A stretch of 64,000 nt of DNA, from assembly GCF_009914755.1 (NCBI RefSeq), contig NC_060939.1; one strand, written 5' to 3'. This document shows, in pieces, positions 55,305 through 64,000 of the stretch; the stretch's first letter is position 1, and each line of letters opens with the position of its first letter. The stretch comes from the human T2T-CHM13v2.0 reference genome, Homo sapiens. Under the pieces are notes generated by a model. The model had not been told where the DNA came from and did no database searches. It saw only the letters and a list, made by a program, of their open reading frames with translations. A program made the position numbers and the translations under genes.

Positions 55305-56733
55305 TTAGTCTCCTATCTTTTGTTATATATAAAAATAAAATGGATTAAAAACTTAAATACAAGACCCCAAACTATATAACTGAAAGAAGAAAATGTAAGG
55401 GAAATGCTTCAGGACACTTGTCTAGGCAAAGATTTTACGGATAAGACTTAAAAAGCACAGACAACAACAAAAAAAATGACGAGCGTGGTATGGCAAACTG
55501 ACAAGCTTCTGCACAGCAAAGGAAACAATGGCGTGAAGAGGCAATCTGTAGAATGGGAGAACATATTCACAAACCATTCATCCAACAAAGGAACAATCTC
55601 CAGAATAAACAAGAAACTCAAACAACCCAACTGCAAAAACCAAATAATGCAATTTAAAAATAAGCAAAGGGTCTGAGGAGACATTTTTAGAAAGAATTTA
55701 TACAAATGGCCAACAAACATATGAAAAAATGCCCAACACCACTAATCATCAGGGAAATGCAAATCAAAACCACAAGGAGGTATCATCTCACCCCAGTTAA
55801 GATGACTCTTATCAAAAAGACAAAAAATTACAAATGCTGGCGACGATGTGGAGAAAAGGGAACTCTTATACACTGTTGATAGGAATGTAAATTAGTACAG
55901 CCACTACGGAGAACAGTATGAAAACTTCTCAAAAAACTAGAAACAGAGCTACCATATGATCCAGCAATCCCACTAAAGGGTATTTATCCAAAGGAAAAGA
56001 AATCAGCATATCAAAGAGATATCTGCATCCCCATATTTATTACAGCACTATTCACAATAGCCAAGATATAGAATTAACCTACATATTAACTATTAACAAA
56101 TGAATAGATAAAGAAAATGTGGTATATAACCATGGAATATTCTTCAGCCATTAAAAAAGAATGAAGGTCTGTCATTCATGGCAGCATGAATGAGCCTAGA
56201 GGACATTATATTGTGTGAAATAAGCCAGGCCCAGAGATTTAAACACTGCATGCTCTCACTCATATGTGGAAGCTAAAAAATACTTGAGCTCATAGAAGTA
56301 TACAGTTGAATTATGGTTATTAGAGGATGAGAGAGGGGAGGAGAGGAAGAGGTTGGTTAATGGATACAAAATTACAGATAGATGGGAGGAATAAGTCCTA
56401 GTGTTCTATAGCACCAGAGGGTAAATACAGTTAATGGCAATGTCTTATATATTTCCAAATAGCTAGAGGAAAGAATTTTGCATATATTATTGCATATATT
56501 GATTTTAATATCATTTTTATGAACACTATGTAGTATGAGTTCACTGTAATATGTGTTAGTGTAGGGTAAAAATTTGGGGGGAAGATGAAAATCAAAAAGG
56601 GAAAATAGCAAATATCTCAGGTTCTCACCATGCTAATTACCCTGATTTGATCATCACACATCGTACACATATCTCAAAATATTACTCTTATCCCATAACT
56701 ATGTACAATTATTATGTGTCAACTAAAAATGAA
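55305..56733 (+). mobile_element. 5'-truncated L1MA3/4-like element with an ~83-bp flanking direct repeat
   Basis: ORF2 3' part plus 3' UTR ending TATGTGTCAACTAAAAAT; flanks 55222-55304 and 56734-56821 are homologous. Confidence 0.9.
56489..56613 (+). repeat. Dispersed copy of 54689-54817 inserted inside the L1MA 3' UTR
   Basis: ATTGCATATATTGATTTTAATATCATTTT..CTGTAATATGTGTTAGTGTAGGGTAAAAA..AAAGGGAAAATAGCAAAT shared. Confidence 0.95.
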
Positions 56734-56899
56734 AAAAATAATTTTCCTAGAGTGGGATTATTCCAACATTTGCTACATTTTCTATTTTTTAAGAATAATT
56801 AACTATAATTACTTTTAAAAACCCCAAACTTAGTATTTCCTAACAAGAAAAACCTGCAAATCAGTATAAACCACCATGCTCCTATTCTTTAGTTTTCCT

Positions 56900-57300
56900 T
56901 TATAGCTCAGTTGACTGCTTTTGTGTCTTCAAGTAAATTTTTCATGAGGGGTACGTAGACAATGGATTTTCTAGCTTTTTGCATATTTAAGAAATATTTT
57001 TCTTTGACCCGAAAAGCTGGACTAGTACAAAATTGAGAGTCTCTGCTTTCTTTTTTCTCTCAAATCTTAAGTATTGCCTTTTTGTTCTTTGGCATTTCAT
57101 CATGCAGATGTCATCCCAATTTTTCTTCTTTTTTATGTGACTTATTTTTTGGTAGAAAGCTTCAAATTTTCTCATAATTATTCAAATTTTTAAAATGCAT
57201 GTTTTCAGTATGGCCTTCGTGCAGAATTCTTTTTACTGGTTTCTTTGCTCAGCACAGATTGTTTAATCTTTAGTGAAACCAGGACTCTTTTCTTCGGTGT
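56900..57300 (-). mobile_element. HAL1/old L1 ORF1-like relic
   Basis: T-rich antisense ORF1-like stretch (CTAGTACAAAATTGAGAG..TCTCTCAAATCTTAAGTATTGC). Confidence 0.45.
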
Positions 57301-57729
57301 AGTGATTATGTGTTACCTTTCTTGCTCCTTTGGTCTAGTGATTTTGCCTTGTGCATTCTCAGGCCCCGTGCTGATTCCCCTTCCCCATTTCCTCTCCTCA
57401 CCGTCGATGGCCCCAGTGCTATGAGCAGTTCCCAGTCCGAGTCCCAGTCATTGTTAATGCTCCCTGGTGTCTTCCTGCTGCCCAAGATGAACTCTTCTTC
57501 AAACTCTAATGATTTTTCTTTGACACTCTCAAAAATCTACAGTCAAGTTAGGCAGTGACATGGGCGGTGGTGTGTGGGTAGGAAGAGGTCAGCAGTTCCA
57601 GAGAAGTTAGTGACAAGGGTTGCAAAATAAGAGTGATCATAGGAGTAAAAGGGCAGCCAGACAACGTCAGACAGGCTCCGATTATAAGTAAGAACTGCCT
57701 TCTCCTCTTTCTGACCCCTAACAAATATA

Positions 57730-57975
57730 CCAATTAGCACTTTTCCTAACAGTCACTCTGTTCTTAGCACTTTCATTGTTAACTCATTTACTTCTCACAA
57801 TAATTTTGTGAAGTGGACACACCAAGATGATCCCCATTTTACAGATGAAGCAATTGAGGCAGAGAACTGAACTATCTTGCTTAAAGTTACAGAGTCAGCA
57901 AGGCGCAGAATAAGGATTTAAACCCAGACTGTCAGCTTCAGTGCCACATGTTTAACCACATACTCCACTGCCTCT
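57730..57975 (-). mobile_element. MIR, near full length
   Basis: AACTCATTTACTTCTCACAAT..CCCCATTTTACAGATGAAGCAATTGAGGCAGAG..GGATTTAAACCCAG. Confidence 0.9.
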
Positions 57976-58489
57976 AAATAAAATAAGATGAGGAGGGTCC
58001 TCAGTCCTGGAAAACATTGAGCTTCTTTCTCATCCACTGCATAGATGACCAGACTGTTGATATTCAGAATACAAAGCTACAGTGACACATTGGACAAACC
58101 GGTGATTGAAGCCTGGGGTCACATGAGGTACATTTTGGTCTTTTTTTTTTTTTTCCTGGTGATTTCTACCAGCTCTGCCTATTTCTTTTCCCTTCTGCAT
58201 GTTGCTAATGGGGAATGATCCTCCCAGGATGCAAGGAACTCCTGCTAATTCTCTCCTTCTTGCCTAGGTGTTTTCTGGAAATTGCTGTCTCACTGTCTCA
58301 GAATGAATAAGAAGAGAAGTACTGATGAGGGTGAGAGTGAAGGACAGCACATCACTCAAAAATGTGACAGCAGTTATAGCCACAGCGTAGAGCATCACCT
58401 GCCTGTTTCCCTTGTGGATCTGTAGTCCTTCCATCTCAGAGATAGTGGTGGGGAACAAGGGACAATGGTGCAGGCAAACAGCATTCTAA

Positions 58490-58825
<336 letters not shown>

Positions 58826-59167
58826 TCATTCTGTTTCCATTCAAATAATTGAAGAATACTGAACCAATGGAGGAATGAATGAAATGGCCCAGTAAGGCTG
58901 CAGAGAATGCCCCCACGTATCTCAGATAATTATTTTTTTCTACAGCAGTTGACTCTTTCCCTCTGTCCATGAAAACTCCACACCAAAAGTTCTCCCTGAC
59001 TCTTTCTGCCCCTGTCCCTGTCCCTATTCTTTGTGTAGTCCTCAGTGCTGTGTGTGCATGCATGTGAGCTTCTCATATAAAAATGGTAAATCACTGAGAA
59101 ACCACAATTTATTTACTTATTCTTCTTCCCCCTACTGCTTCTAGCAGAATATTGAATATACACATTG

Positions 59168-59459
<292 letters not shown>

Positions 59460-59465
59460 GACACA

Positions 59466-59602
59466 TTTTTGTTTTTTTTTTTAGTAGAAATTTAGTCTTG
59501 CTATGTTGTCCAGGCTGGTCTCAAACTCCTGGCTTCAAGCAATCCTCCCGCCTTAGCTTCCCCAAGTGATGGGATTACAAGTATGAGCCAGCGTGCCTGG
59601 CT
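59466..59602 (-). mobile_element. FLAM_C monomer
   Basis: Left arm only; TSD TTGAATATACA at 59152-59162 and 59603-59613. Confidence 0.85.
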
Positions 59603-59624
59603 TTGAATATACAGTTAAACTACC

Positions 59625-59830
59625 AGTTACTGAGTTCCTTCCAAGGGTCAAGACTTTCCACAAAATGCTGTGTAAGTATCACTATATTTAATTTCACAAC
59701 AGCCAAGTAAGTAGGTATTTATATCCCAATTTAACAAAAGAAAATGAGGTGCCAAGACATTCAATAATTTACCCAAACTGAGATTTAATTTCAGTCTGCC
59801 AGACTCTAAAGGTCACATTCTTAACATCAT
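59625..59830 (-). mobile_element. MIR
   Basis: TTTAATTTCACAACAGCC..GTAGGTATTTATATCCCAATTTAACA..CAGTCTGCCAGACTCTAAAG. Confidence 0.75.
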
Positions 59831-60684
59831 ATCATGAGGGTATTTTCACCCGAAAGTACAATGATACAGTTGAGATATAAGAAAAGATATTAAATTATAC
59901 ATCTTTCAAACTTTTTGTAACAGAAAAACCTATTTAAAAAAAATTCTGCTAAAGACAACTTTGGTTTCAGGGATGTGACGCTTTCCATTTCTAAAGAATA
60001 GTGTGAGTCTTCTGGTTCCATTTCTATGCTTTGGTGAGGCAGAATTTGGGAAATGGGTAGACAGAGCTGAGCAATTGCCAGGAAAGAGACTGCTTTATTC
60101 TACTTCCATTTAAAAAGGGAGGGAGAGCTGTTTGCACAAAAAGGAAAAATAGAGAAAGAGTGGAAGGACTAAGTTGATTACTTAGTTTGGTTTGGGAGAA
60201 CCTTGTTTTGGGGTCAGATTTGAGAATGAAGAGAGAGATTTGCAAACAGCAACAGAACATGAAAGACGCAACAAATGAGGTGAGAAGAGGATATTACGTC
60301 CTGCATAGATAGGTGCTTACAGATGATTCTGCAAATGAGAGTAGTGCCTTCAAAGTGAATTGTCTGGTTCCATGGAGAAACTGGCTCTGGAAGAAATCAG
60401 ACTGGAGCATTTTCATAAGAAAGAGGAAGGATAAAGATAATCACCCCACTGTCTTCTGAAGCCAGGCTGTGTAAAAACACAAAGACATCTCTTGGGGAGT
60501 CACTTTACAATGGAGATAATGTAAAACCAAAGTCAGTAGATAAGATTCAGGTAAGATTTAGTTCAACTCCTAAAACAAGTCTTAGTATGGACAAAGCAGC
60601 AATATGCATTCAGCTCATTCTATACTATGCATTATTTTTATTATGAAATATTGTGTACATCGAAGTTTATGTATAGGTGTATAT

Positions 60685-64000
<3,316 letters not shown>

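Noticed and set aside
54689-56821. Repeated units as a CRISPR-like or other repeat-spacer array
   Set aside because: Only 2-3 long copies, no regular spacers, no associated genes, primate context; explained by local duplication.

Overview
Primate (most likely human or great-ape) non-coding genomic DNA, intergenic or deep intronic, dominated by transposable-element fossils. These include about 16 Alu/FLAM/FRAM copies (J, S and Y ages), L1 fragments of several ages (L1ME/HAL1, L1MC, L1MA, L1PA13-16), L2, MIR, a CR1/L3 relic, solo LTRs (MLT1, MST, LTR1, MER4-group, ERVL) and hAT-type DNA transposons (ORSL, Charlie4, MER63, MER96). I find no supportable protein-coding gene, RNA gene or CRISPR-like array; the supplied ORFs are Alu/L1 read-throughs or chance ORFs. 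I could not identify the locus, and I see no evidence of a new multi-gene biological system. The notable signals are records of unusual integration or repair events. The best case is an L1MA at 55.3-56.7 kb with an ~83-bp target duplication and a ~125-bp piece of nearby genomic DNA copied into its 3' UTR. Others are a multi-level nested L1/LTR complex with deletions, a template-switch hairpin and possible mini 3' transduction in an L1PA, and nested Alu TSDs. Family names come from recalled consensus sequences, not a database search, and the boundaries of old elements are approximate.
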